A model generated the notes under the pieces. The model was given only the letters and a program-made list of their open reading frames with translations. It searched no databases and was not told the DNA's origin. Positions 1 to 9,465 of a stretch of DNA of 32,245 bases are shown piece by piece. How positions within the stretch are numbered: the stretch's first letter is position 1; each line of letters starts with the position of its first letter. The DNA lies in assembly GCA_016218805.1 (NCBI GenBank), contig JACRCW010000054.1, forward strand, positions 1-32,245, read 5' to 3'. The DNA comes from Deltaproteobacteria bacterium. Its GTDB lineage: Bacteria > Myxococcota > JACRCW01. Made by a program: the position numbers and the translations under genes.

Positions 1-49
1 AATACGCCACCACGACAATGCTTGAGGAAACAACGGGTTCTCTCGTCAT
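1..49 (-). CDS. 5' fragment of a probable KTSC-domain protein (runs off the window edge)
   Basis: ATG at 49 preceded by GGAGG RBS; reads MTREPVVSSSIVVVAY, resembling the MxRxPVxSSxIxxVGY start of KTSC proteins; only 16 codons visible. Confidence 0.5.
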   Translation of the reverse strand, partial: MTREPVVSSSIVVVAY

Positions 50-163
50 GCGGTCCTCCGAAGGAGAACACCCGTTGATCAAAATCCTGCGCCGCTGCCA
101 AGGTCACCCCGAGCCTCCGGGAGTTGTGTAGAAGAGAAAGCCAAAAGGGGGGAGGCTACCTAC

Positions 164-985
164 CTACGGCGAGGCAGGGAACAACGCCTTCAACCTCTCC
201 ATCAGCGCGTGCGTCTCCGCGGACCCAGGCGCCACCGGCGCGCCTCCCACCGGTGCCTGCTTCACCGAGTAATGCCGCACCACCGTGAGCAGTCCGTGGA
301 ATTCCGCGGGATCGTGCGGGCCCGTACCGACGAGACCGGGGTCCTCCGCCCGCTTCAACAGCACCGCGAATTCACCGGATTCATCCTCTGACAAATCCCG
401 TTCCGATTGCGTCCATTCCAGGTCATCCGGCGGCTCACTGGAAAGATCATACCGCGGCGCGCGCACGCTGCGCGCCATGGCCAGCGGATGCGCGCCCTCC
501 CACAGCCGAACCTCCACCAGCCACCGCCACCCGCGCTCCCGCACGCCCCCTTGCAGCAACACCACCGCGGACGGTCCCCGCTCCGCGGACATCCACGCCT
601 GCGCGCGGTCCACCAGCCGCGCCGGAGGCTCCTGCCCCAACCGCCGCAGCAACTCCACCCGGTACGGACCGGACCGCCACAGCGCCGCCGTCGTCGCGGC
701 CAGCGCGCCCGCCACCGCACACACCACCATCCCCGCAAATGCCACCGCCGGCGGCCAGCTGGCCCACAGTGCGGTGGCCGGCAGCGCGGCCACCACGCCC
801 GCCCACGGTGCTGCGCGGTGCAGCGTGCCCTCCCAGCGCCGGGTGGTTGCCCCGTTCAGGATCTGTTCCGCCGGCAGCCGCGCCAGGTCCCGTGCACGCC
901 ACTCCGTCAGCGTCACGCGCGTGCGCGGCAGCGGACTGGCCGAGGTTGACGGAATTCCCGCGCCGTCCTCCCCGGCATTTCCCAT
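164..985 (-). CDS. Hypothetical membrane protein (2 predicted TM helices), possibly co-transcribed with the elb-like cluster
   Basis: 273-aa ORF starting 4 bp after the stop of the upstream epimerase; hydrophobic stretches WAGVVAALPATALWASW and VAFAGMVVCAVAGALAATTAALW. Confidence 0.6.
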   Translation of the reverse strand: MGNAGEDGAGIPSTSASPLPRTRVTLTEWRARDLARLPAEQILNGATTRRWEGTLHRAAPWAGVVAALPATALWASWPPAVAFAGMVVCAVAGALAATTAALWRSGPYRVELLRRLGQEPPARLVDRAQAWMSAERGPSAVVLLQGGVRERGWRWLVEVRLWEGAHPLAMARSVRAPRYDLSSEPPDDLEWTQSERDLSEDESGEFAVLLKRAEDPGLVGTGPHDPAEFHGLLTVVRHYSVKQAPVGGAPVAPGSAETHALMERLKALFPASP

Positions 986-989
986 GGTT

Positions 990-2087
990 TCAGCCCTGGG
1001 GCGGACGCTGCGCGGCCGCCTTCTTCATCCAGCGGTCCACCGCCCGCCACGTGTCCGCCAGGAGCGCCTCGGCCAGGCCGGACCCCGCGGGCGCCTGTCC
1101 CGTCGTGGTCACGCCGTGCGCGCGCAGGTCATGCACCGTGTCCAGCAGCGTGAGGTTGGGATCCCGGAACTCCACTCCCAGCTCCTCCTGCGCCTTGTGC
1201 GGGCTCACGTACCAGCAATAACCGGCCATTTCCACGCTCACGGCGTCCATCGGGTTGTATCCGTCCACCGTCTTTGCCAGCGCGTCCAGGAAACGCGCGG
1301 AAATCTCCCCCATGGGGCGGCTCATGGGAATCAGCGGCGCGGCCACGCCGGAAACCCGGGACACGCGTTCAAAGAAGGCCTTCACCGTGGTGTTGAGCCC
1401 GGTCACCAGGTAGCGCTCGCCACTGCGCCCCTTTTCCATGCCCAGGATCAGCGCCTGCGCGGCGTCACGGACATCCACAATGGACACGCCGCCCGCGGGA
1501 ATCCCGGGAATCTTCCGCTCCATGAACAGCCGGATATCGCGCGTGCTTTCGCCGCGGATGTCACCGGGGCCCAGCAGGAGACTGGGGTTGATGGACACCA
1601 CTTCCAGCCCGTCACGCGCCGCGGCCAACGCCGCCTGTTCCGCGTAGATCTTGCTCAGGTAATACGGCCATTTCCCCACCACGGTCAGGTCCGGCTGCGC
1701 GGATTCATCCAGTTCCTCGCCGGGGGGCAGCGTCACGCCCACCGTGCCGGAGGTGGAACAGTGCACCATCCGCTTCACCCCCGCGGTCCGGCACCCGTCC
1801 ACCACCGCCAGGGTCCCCTGCACGTGCAACCGGTGCAGTTCCGCCGCCGCCGCGGGGTCGCGTGACACGCGCCCCGCCAGGTGGAACACGCCGTCGGTAC
1901 CCTTGAGCGCGTCCGCCACCGCCGCGCGGTCCAGCACGTCGCCACGGCGCACGTCCACGCCGGCCTCCCGCAGGTTGCCCGCCTCCCCGCGGCACAGCGC
2001 GCGGACCTTGTGCCCGGCGCCCAGCAGCGCTTCGCACAGGTGAATTCCCAGGAAACCCGTTGCCCCCGTCACCAGGTACGTAGCCAT
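990..2087 (-). CDS. elbE: NAD-dependent epimerase/dehydratase (extended SDR), ElbE-like
   Basis: TGATGFLG Rossmann motif, YYLSK catalytic YxxxK, FHLAG; lies directly downstream of the ElbD-like gene, as in the Myxococcus xanthus elb cluster. Confidence 0.85.
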   Translation of the reverse strand: MATYLVTGATGFLGIHLCEALLGAGHKVRALCRGEAGNLREAGVDVRRGDVLDRAAVADALKGTDGVFHLAGRVSRDPAAAAELHRLHVQGTLAVVDGCRTAGVKRMVHCSTSGTVGVTLPPGEELDESAQPDLTVVGKWPYYLSKIYAEQAALAAARDGLEVVSINPSLLLGPGDIRGESTRDIRLFMERKIPGIPAGGVSIVDVRDAAQALILGMEKGRSGERYLVTGLNTTVKAFFERVSRVSGVAAPLIPMSRPMGEISARFLDALAKTVDGYNPMDAVSVEMAGYCWYVSPHKAQEELGVEFRDPNLTLLDTVHDLRAHGVTTTGQAPAGSGLAEALLADTWRAVDRWMKKAAAQRPPQG

Positions 2088-2102
2088 TGCCTGCCCTCCC
2101 GC

Positions 2103-5100
2103 TCACGCCAGCCCAAAGAACTTCTGGAACTGCAGCAACAATTCCGGATCATTGCTCTTGACCGTGCCGCTCATGAACTCCATCACCGTGGGCGTGTAGC
2201 GCTCCTCCACGATGCGGCGGAACATCTCCGCGGAGGTTTTCAGCACGCAATCCGCCTGGTCCGCCGTCTTCTGGTTCACAATGGACACGGCATCCTTGGT
2301 GACCTTCACGGTCCACTTGGCGTCCGCCCCGTCACCCAGGCTGAAATAGTACGTGACCGGCTGCTCCACGCGCGCGGGGTCAAACGTTTTCTCCAGTGAT
2401 CCAAACAGCCGGGGCAGCAGCGGCCCGTCATCCACGGGGCCGCCCACGTCCGCATCCGCGCGGGACAGGTCCAGCAATGACCCGTCCCGCAGCAACTCCA
2501 CCGCGCGCTGGCACAACCGCGCCGCCTCCCGGTACGCGTCTGAATGTCCCAGTCCGCGCGTGCGCTCCCGCAGCTGCTCAATGGTCAGCGGCACGCCGAA
2601 CGTCACCGTGAGGTCCCGCTTGCGCGGAATGATGGCGCCCTTGGGCATGCTGTCATGCGTGCCGCCCAGCCACACCGGCACAATGTCCACGCCGTGGTGC
2701 AGCGCCAGGTAGCCCAGCACGGACTTGAATTCCTGCATTTGCCCGTCGGGACTGCGCGTGCCTTCCGGGAACAGCAGCAGGCTCCGGCCCTGGTCCAGCA
2801 CTTCCCCCGCCTTGCGGAGGGACTGCTTGAGGCTGCCGCTGCGCTCCATGGGGACCAGGTTGGTGAAGTTCTCAAAATAGAACCGCCGCAAAGGCCCGTC
2901 GAAGAAGTAGTCCCGCGCAGCCAGCGATTGCAGGTCCAGCCCCGCATCCCCCAGGGCCACCTTCACCAGCCCCATGTCCAGGTGTGACGCATGGTTGGCG
3001 GCGACAATGAGGTTGCGGTTGAGCGGCACCCGTTCCCGCCCGTGCACGCGCGTGCGGAACGCGCGCTCATACAAGGCGCGCTGGCCCACCCCCAGCACGT
3101 CCCGCACCACGCGTTTCACCGGCGCCGGCAACTCCACGTCCACGTCCTCCGGGTTGACCACGGGCGAGGGGTCCCTGGGCGTGGGATCACCCAGGACGGG
3201 CGCGGGCGTGGTCCGGATCAATTCCACCAATTCCTGCACTGTGTCCGCCTGCGTCACGCGGTCCGGGTCCACCGGCCCGCCGCGCAGGCGCTCCAGCGCT
3301 ACCAGGATTTCCGTCCGCGCCAGGCTGTCCACGCCCAGGTCCGCCGCCAGGCGCGCGTTGATGCGGACATCCGCCACGGGGCGGGCCAGCGCTTCGGCCA
3401 CGGCCACGCGCACCCGCAACGCCAGGCCCTCCTCCAGCACCGCGGATTCCGCCACGCCCTGCTGCCGCTGCTCCTCCAGCCGCTGCAACTCCTGCACAAC
3501 TTCTGAACGCCGCACCTTGCGCGTGGCCGTGCGCGGCAGGGGAATAGATGTGGAATGCACCACCCGCGGCCGGTCATTTTCGGGCAATTGCCGGATGCGA
3601 TCCCGCAGCGCGCGCTCCGACCTCGCGCGGATGAAAGCCTCACTTTCGCCTTCACCCGGCGTGCGCGGGACCCAGAGGCAGGCAACCACTTCGCCGCCCT
3701 GCCCGTCCGGGAGCCCCACAATGGAAATCTCGGAAACGCCCTCCACGCCCTCCAGGTCCGCCTCCACCTGGTCCGGGTACACGTTCTCCCCGGACGCGGA
3801 AACAATGACTTCCTTAGCCCGCCCCACGACAAACAGCCGCCCCTTGCTGTCAATCCGCCCCAGGTCCCCCGTGCGCAGCCACCCATCGGTGATGACCGCC
3901 TGCGTGGCCTCCGCGTTGTCCTCATAACCGCGCATGATGGTGGGACCGCGCGCCAGGATCTCCCCCACCCCGGCGGCGTCCGGCGCATCAATCTTCATCT
4001 CCACGCCGGGCACCGCCACGCCCACGCTGCCTGGGAGCGCGTACTTGCCCATGCGGTGCACGCTGATCACCGGCGAAGCCTCCGTGAGGCCGTAGCCCTG
4101 CAGCAGTTCAAACCCCAGCCCCTGGAAGAACTCCTGCGTGGACGGCGGCAGCGCGGCGCCGCCGGAGATGAGCGCGCGGATGCGGCCCCCCATGCGGTCA
4201 TGCGCGTCACGGAAGAACAGCCGCCCCAGGTTCAGGTTCATGTCGCGCCACAACCAGCGGTTGAGCGCCAGTAACCCGTCAAAGACCGCCGTGGTCACCA
4301 GTCCGCGCTGCTGCACTTCACTGCGAATGCGCCGTTCCAGCAGTTGCCACAGCGCGGGCACGCCAATCATCGCCGTCACGCCGCCGGCTTTCATGCCCGC
4401 GCGCAATTGCTCGGCATTGATTTCCTGCAGATACGTGACACGGCCGCCCTTGTGCAGCGGCATCAACAGCCCGCCGGTGAATTCAAACGTATGGTGCAGC
4501 GGCAGGACGGACAGGCCCGCATCCCGGTGGCCCAGCGGGAAGATGGGCGCCAGGCCGGCCATGAGGCTGGTGAAGTTGGCGTGCGTGAGTTGCACGCCCT
4601 TGGGCTTGCCGGTGGTTCCGGACGTGAAAATCAGGCTCGCAATCTCGGAGCGCTGCGCGCGCGGCACCAGCGCCCGGGGCGTGTCCCATGCGGCGCGGTC
4701 CGTGGCCTTTTCCGCCAGTTCCTCCAGCACCAGGATGTGCGGGACGTGCTGCGGGTCTTCGTCAGATGAACCGAGCAGGTCATTGAGCAGCCGCCCGATG
4801 GCCTGGTGGCGCTTGCGTGACAACAGCACGGCCGAGGCACGGGAGGCGCGCACCAGGCGGGCCAGCGTCTCCGCCGGCAACGCGTGATCCACGGGGACCG
4901 CCGTGCCGCCCGCCTTGAGGATGGCGAAATACCCGATGGACCACGCGGACTGCCCCTCCGAGCACAGCACCACGCGGTCCTGCGGCTTCACGCCCATTCC
5001 CAGCAATTCCACCGCGGCGGCATCCGCGCGGTCCCGCAGTTGGCGGTAGGTGACCTGCTTGAGCCCGTCCGGCGTGAGGTCCTGCAGCGCAATCTTGTTG

Positions 5101-6842
5101 CCCCAGGTGCGGCTGACCTCGTCAATGAGCTGCACCAGGTCATCAAAGCGCGTGACCGGCTGGATCTCCCGCGCCAGGCGCCGGTCAATCTCCGGGTACA
5201 CCCACTTCTCCAGGCCGGGCAGCTGCACCTCGTGCCAGTAATGCCGCCAATCAATCTGCTCCGGCCAGTACGGGAGGCGGATGCGGTCCTGCTCCAGGAC
5301 GTGGTCGCGCAGCTCGCGCATGTGGCCGCACACAAACGTGTAGCGGTTGATCCACGTGAACGGCATGAACAGTTCAAAGATCTTCTGCGTGTTGGAGGCC
5401 TGCTTTTCCAGCGCACTGAGCGCGCCGGCCACCGCCTTGAGCGGCGGCACCGCGGGGGACGCGGCGCGCAGCGCGCGGGACAACCCGCCGGCCACAGCCT
5501 TCACCATGGGTGACGACGTGCGGCGCCACTCCGCCTCCGGCACCGCAATGGGCTCCAGCTTGCGCAGCAGCGGCACCAGCGCGGGCGGACCCAGCGGCCG
5601 GACGCGCGCGCGCGTGCGCTTGTAGAGCCCCGTCAGCTCCACCACGCGGTCCATGGGGAACGGCGCCAGGTCGGAGGTGCCCAGTTGGTAGACCTCGCGC
5701 TGCTTGCCGTGAAGCAGCGCGGCCAGCGCCAGGATGAGCCCTGCGCCCACCCAATCCACCGGGATGATGTCCAGTGACACCACGCCGTCACCCACAAACC
5801 CCAGTTGCCCCTTGAGACCCAGGTACGTCAGCGGCGCGCACGTGTTGACGCCCTCATTCCACCCTTTGACCGGCCATTCCATGGAGCATTCCACAATGGC
5901 GGGGCGCACAATGGTGAACGGCAGGGCACCCTGCTTCACCAGCAATTCGCCCACTTTCTTGGTGAACGTGTAGATGTTGGTAAAGCCCCACTGCTCGGCG
6001 CGCTGCGTGCCCTGGCGGATGAGCTCCTCGCGCACCCACTTGCGTCGCTCGTCGGCAACCAGCTTGCGGTGGCCGGCGCCGTCCTGCGGTTCGCCATGGC
6101 GCTCCGCGCGGGCCCGGGCCCGCTCCGCAAACATCACCTGCTTGTCCGCGTGGTCTGCCTGCGCGCGCGCGGCCTCAATGAGCGCAACGCATTCCTCCAC
6201 TTCGCGCTCGGGGTCAAACACCACGCCGGGCAGGTCGTCCTGGCGGGGGAATGCCTTGGTATCCGGCGGGTCTTCGCGCACGGTGCCGCTGATGGCGCCG
6301 GCCACGTAGCACGTGGAGGTATGCACCACCGGGACGTTCCCCAGCACGCGCGCCACCTGCAGGATGTGCTGCACGCCGCGGCAGTTGACGTCAATGGCCT
6401 CATCCAGCGGCGGCGTGAAATCCACCACGCCGGACACGTTGAATACCGCGGCAATGCGCCCCTGGAGCTTCACCCAGTGATCGTCGTCAACCCCAAGGCC
6501 CGGCAGCGTGATGTCACCGTCAATCACGTCAAACAGCGTCCGCGCGTGTTCAATCCACGCGTCCATTCCCATGGATTCCTGCCAGTGGCGGAAAGGAACG
6601 GAACGGAGGAATTCCTCCTCCAGGCGCTGCCACGCGTTGCGGTAGCCCCCGCGGCGCATCAGCAGGTGCAGCTTGCCAATGCCGGGATACCGCGCCAGCA
6701 GCAGGGACACGGTGACCTTGCCCACAAACCCGGTCCCGCCCAGCACCAGCAGTTCCTTGCCGGCAAGCGTCTTCTCGACGTCAATGGGCGCGCCCGACAG
6801 CAGGGCGTCCGTGGTGCGCGGTCCGCGGGGAAGCCGTTTCAT
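2103..6842 (-). CDS. elbD: Multifunctional ElbD-like enzyme: fatty acyl reductase + acyl-CoA/AMP ligase + carrier protein + PlsC-type acyltransferase + SCP2
   Basis: 1579 aa; GGTGFVGK and YTFTK (reductase), IFTSGTTGKPKG/GYGLTE/TGDLG (adenylation), LGVDSL (phosphopantetheine Ser), NHASHLD and FPEGTRS (acyltransferase), C-terminal ADCVLKTS..FMSGTVK (SCP2-like). Confidence 0.9.
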   Translation of the reverse strand: MKRLPRGPRTTDALLSGAPIDVEKTLAGKELLVLGGTGFVGKVTVSLLLARYPGIGKLHLLMRRGGYRNAWQRLEEEFLRSVPFRHWQESMGMDAWIEHARTLFDVIDGDITLPGLGVDDDHWVKLQGRIAAVFNVSGVVDFTPPLDEAIDVNCRGVQHILQVARVLGNVPVVHTSTCYVAGAISGTVREDPPDTKAFPRQDDLPGVVFDPEREVEECVALIEAARAQADHADKQVMFAERARARAERHGEPQDGAGHRKLVADERRKWVREELIRQGTQRAEQWGFTNIYTFTKKVGELLVKQGALPFTIVRPAIVECSMEWPVKGWNEGVNTCAPLTYLGLKGQLGFVGDGVVSLDIIPVDWVGAGLILALAALLHGKQREVYQLGTSDLAPFPMDRVVELTGLYKRTRARVRPLGPPALVPLLRKLEPIAVPEAEWRRTSSPMVKAVAGGLSRALRAASPAVPPLKAVAGALSALEKQASNTQKIFELFMPFTWINRYTFVCGHMRELRDHVLEQDRIRLPYWPEQIDWRHYWHEVQLPGLEKWVYPEIDRRLAREIQPVTRFDDLVQLIDEVSRTWGNKIALQDLTPDGLKQVTYRQLRDRADAAAVELLGMGVKPQDRVVLCSEGQSAWSIGYFAILKAGGTAVPVDHALPAETLARLVRASRASAVLLSRKRHQAIGRLLNDLLGSSDEDPQHVPHILVLEELAEKATDRAAWDTPRALVPRAQRSEIASLIFTSGTTGKPKGVQLTHANFTSLMAGLAPIFPLGHRDAGLSVLPLHHTFEFTGGLLMPLHKGGRVTYLQEINAEQLRAGMKAGGVTAMIGVPALWQLLERRIRSEVQQRGLVTTAVFDGLLALNRWLWRDMNLNLGRLFFRDAHDRMGGRIRALISGGAALPPSTQEFFQGLGFELLQGYGLTEASPVISVHRMGKYALPGSVGVAVPGVEMKIDAPDAAGVGEILARGPTIMRGYEDNAEATQAVITDGWLRTGDLGRIDSKGRLFVVGRAKEVIVSASGENVYPDQVEADLEGVEGVSEISIVGLPDGQGGEVVACLWVPRTPGEGESEAFIRARSERALRDRIRQLPENDRPRVVHSTSIPLPRTATRKVRRSEVVQELQRLEEQRQQGVAESAVLEEGLALRVRVAVAEALARPVADVRINARLAADLGVDSLARTEILVALERLRGGPVDPDRVTQADTVQELVELIRTTPAPVLGDPTPRDPSPVVNPEDVDVELPAPVKRVVRDVLGVGQRALYERAFRTRVHGRERVPLNRNLIVAANHASHLDMGLVKVALGDAGLDLQSLAARDYFFDGPLRRFYFENFTNLVPMERSGSLKQSLRKAGEVLDQGRSLLLFPEGTRSPDGQMQEFKSVLGYLALHHGVDIVPVWLGGTHDSMPKGAIIPRKRDLTVTFGVPLTIEQLRERTRGLGHSDAYREAARLCQRAVELLRDGSLLDLSRADADVGGPVDDGPLLPRLFGSLEKTFDPARVEQPVTYYFSLGDGADAKWTVKVTKDAVSIVNQKTADQADCVLKTSAEMFRRIVEERYTPTVMEFMSGTVKSNDPELLLQFQKFFGLA

Positions 6843-6845
6843 CCG

Positions 6846-8612
6846 TCAGCTCCCGTGCTGGCCGTTGCCGTTGCCGTGACCGCCGGTATGCCGGTCCGCG
6901 GGCTCGCGCGGGGACACGTTGGGGTCCTCCACGTCACACAGCATGATGGGCGGCGAATGCACCATGGTGAAACTGGGATTCTGCGGCGCGGTGTCCTTGG
7001 CCATTTCAATGGCCTCCGCCAGGTTGCGCGCGGGCTCGTAGCCCAGCGTCTCACACACCTGGTCAGACTTGGCCCCCGCGACGATGACGCGGCCCATGTG
7101 CGCGCGCCCGGCCTCGCCCCAGTACCACATGTAGAACGGGTGCACGGCGTGGTACGCGTTCCCGCGCCGGTACATCTGCTTGTAGATGGGATTGTCCGCG
7201 AATTCCTGCTCATACTTCTTGTGCAAAACCGTGGAATCGCGCGTCAGGGGCAGCAGCCGGTGGAAGAACTCAATGTAGGAGGGGTGCTGCTCCGCATCAA
7301 AGCGGTCCTCCGCCGGGTTGCTGATGATGAGCGTGCCACCCTTCTTCAGCAGTGGAACACCCCGATACAGGTTGTGCATGTATCCGCTGGCCAGCACCTG
7401 CACGAGCACCGGGTTGAGGATGGAATGGATGTTGTACGGGCTGATGAACGGCATCCCCTGGATGACCACGTCCGACTGCCCGCGCACCGGCACGGAGTAC
7501 TGCTGGTAGACGCGCTCCAGCGTCTTCTCGTGCACCGCGTTGGTCTTGCCGGCCCACACCCCCGTCATGGCGTACGGTGCCTCAATGCGGCTGAATACCG
7601 CCGTGCGCGCATCCGCGGGCATCTTGGACAAACCAAACATCAGCCCCTTGAAACGCAGCCAATCAAAATCAGTCCAATCCTCCTCGCGCTTCATGAGGAA
7701 GCCCATCTGGCCGTCAAACATGTGGTTGTTGATGGAGGTTTCAATGTGGAAGACGTCAATCGTCTCGTTGACGATCTTCCCCATCCGGTCCACCGAGTCC
7801 GACAGCGACGAGCGTTTGGGGTCCATGTACGAGTGGCACTCGCGCATGGTGTACGGGTTGTGGTGCGCCTTGAGCGACCGGTACCCGGCCAACCCGACGG
7901 AGACGCTCTTGTTGCCGCCGTCCATGGGCACCAGGTTCACGTTGACGTAGATGAGCAGGTCACTGTCCAGCACACGGCGCGGCAATTCCACCACTTCCCC
8001 GCGCTCCGTTGTCCCGACAATCTCCAGGCCCTCATCCTCGCCGTCAAAGTTGTACAGGCGGTCCGGCCAGTAGTCGCGGAAGATCTTCTCCCCCACGGTG
8101 TGGCGAACCTCCCAGTCCTTCATGCGCCGGTGCAGCGCCGTGGCAATGATGATCTCAATGTCCGTGACGCCGTGGTCCGCCATCATCTGCAGCACAATGG
8201 TGAGCACGCGCTCGCGGATGTCCGGGCGCTTCATGGGCGGCAACGGCAGTGAAATGTCATCAATGGCAATGGTGACCTTCATGCCCGGGTACAGCTTGGC
8301 GTACAGCGGTTCGCTCTGCTCCGGGTGATTCAACGCGTAACGGATGGCCGCGTCCGGGTTGTTGAGTCCCGCCATGGGCGGCTTGGGGAAGATCACGCGC
8401 GTGCCAACGGGCAGGTTCTCCAGGCGGAAATCATCGCCGTAATAGAGCACCCGCGGTGGGCTGTTCTTCTCCGTGTAGACAATGCCGCCGTCCCACGCCG
8501 GCGCGTTGGGTTCGCGGCGGATGCGGACGGTGGGGCCCTGGGGCTTCCGTTCAGGCGCCCGTGCAGGGACGGTGGCCGGGACGGAGGGAGCGGGGGTCTT
8601 CTGCGTCGTCAT
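6846..8612 (-). CDS. elbC: LarA/DUF2088 (lactate racemase N-terminal domain) family protein, ElbC-like
   Basis: 588 aa; AIRYALNHP, KVTIAIDDISLP, IATALHRRM and DGGNKS match LarA-superfamily motifs; sits between the HAD gene and the ElbD-like gene. Confidence 0.8.
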   Translation of the reverse strand: MTTQKTPAPSVPATVPARAPERKPQGPTVRIRREPNAPAWDGGIVYTEKNSPPRVLYYGDDFRLENLPVGTRVIFPKPPMAGLNNPDAAIRYALNHPEQSEPLYAKLYPGMKVTIAIDDISLPLPPMKRPDIRERVLTIVLQMMADHGVTDIEIIIATALHRRMKDWEVRHTVGEKIFRDYWPDRLYNFDGEDEGLEIVGTTERGEVVELPRRVLDSDLLIYVNVNLVPMDGGNKSVSVGLAGYRSLKAHHNPYTMRECHSYMDPKRSSLSDSVDRMGKIVNETIDVFHIETSINNHMFDGQMGFLMKREEDWTDFDWLRFKGLMFGLSKMPADARTAVFSRIEAPYAMTGVWAGKTNAVHEKTLERVYQQYSVPVRGQSDVVIQGMPFISPYNIHSILNPVLVQVLASGYMHNLYRGVPLLKKGGTLIISNPAEDRFDAEQHPSYIEFFHRLLPLTRDSTVLHKKYEQEFADNPIYKQMYRRGNAYHAVHPFYMWYWGEAGRAHMGRVIVAGAKSDQVCETLGYEPARNLAEAIEMAKDTAPQNPSFTMVHSPPIMLCDVEDPNVSPREPADRHTGGHGNGNGQHGS

Positions 8613-8633
8613 GGAGCGTGCCTCAGGATGAAA

Positions 8634-9302
8634 TCAGGAGAGTTCAATGACCGGCCAACGCTGGCTCTGCGCCATCCGCCGCAACCGGGGCCCGGGGTTC
8701 ACCGCGGCCGGGTGCCCCACCACGGACAGCATCGGCGCATCGGCGCTGTCGTCGGAATAGGCGTAGCAGTCCGTGAGCCGCCAGCCGTGCTGGTCGGCCA
8801 GTTCGCGCATCATGGCCGCCTTGCGGGGACCTGCCAGCACCGGCGGGAGAATGCGCCCCGTGCAGGTGTTGCGGACGAATTCAAGTCGATTCCCGAAACA
8901 GAAACGTTCGTCAAACCCGAGGCGCTGGCCGAACGGCTTCACCAGGAAATCCGGGCTGCCGCTGATGAGCACCAGCGTCATGCCCTGCGCGGCGCAGGCG
9001 TCCACCAGCTGGCGCGCGCCGGGGAACAGGCCGGGCAGCAGCAGGCGGTCCACCACCTCGTCAGCCAGCACGCGCAGGCGGTCCTCAGAGAAGCCTTGGT
9101 ACGCGGCAAACAGCTGCTCATTGAAGCTGCCCCGGTCCATGGCCTCCGCCCAGGTCAGCAGCGGCAGCCGCGCCACCTGCTGCGCCACGCGGAAGGCACC
9201 CAGCAACGGGTTCTGAAGGCTCTGCAGGTAGTACCCCAGCGCGGACGCAATGTTGGTCCGGGTCAGGGTGCCGTCGACGTCAAAGAAGGCAGCGCGCGAC
9301 AT
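8634..9302 (-). CDS. elbB: HAD-superfamily hydrolase subfamily IB (SerB-like phosphatase), ElbB-like
   Basis: Start re-set to MSRAAFFDVDGTL (DxDGT motif I); LISGS motif II; YSDDSADAPML motif IV. Confidence 0.85.
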   Translation of the reverse strand: MSRAAFFDVDGTLTRTNIASALGYYLQSLQNPLLGAFRVAQQVARLPLLTWAEAMDRGSFNEQLFAAYQGFSEDRLRVLADEVVDRLLLPGLFPGARQLVDACAAQGMTLVLISGSPDFLVKPFGQRLGFDERFCFGNRLEFVRNTCTGRILPPVLAGPRKAAMMRELADQHGWRLTDCYAYSDDSADAPMLSVVGHPAAVNPGPRLRRMAQSQRWPVIELS

Positions 9303-9465
9303 GGGTTTTCCGTGGCCCGGGGAGCGGGGGTCGTCCCTCATGCGGCGAAGGCCGGGGCATGTCAAGAACGCCCGCGGGGCGGCCCGGTAGCGCACCCCCC
9401 ACCGCCCACCGCCGCCGGCGGCAGGCTGCCTCCCCCACACGGGCGGAGGCTACGGGGGACCGACG

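Noticed and set aside
5805..8252. Long plus-strand ORF (815 aa) and similar antisense ORFs (285-1865, 11571-13514, 16909-19089, 21716-23719, 27475-29769)
   Set aside because: Shadow ORFs opposite well-supported genes, expected in high-GC DNA
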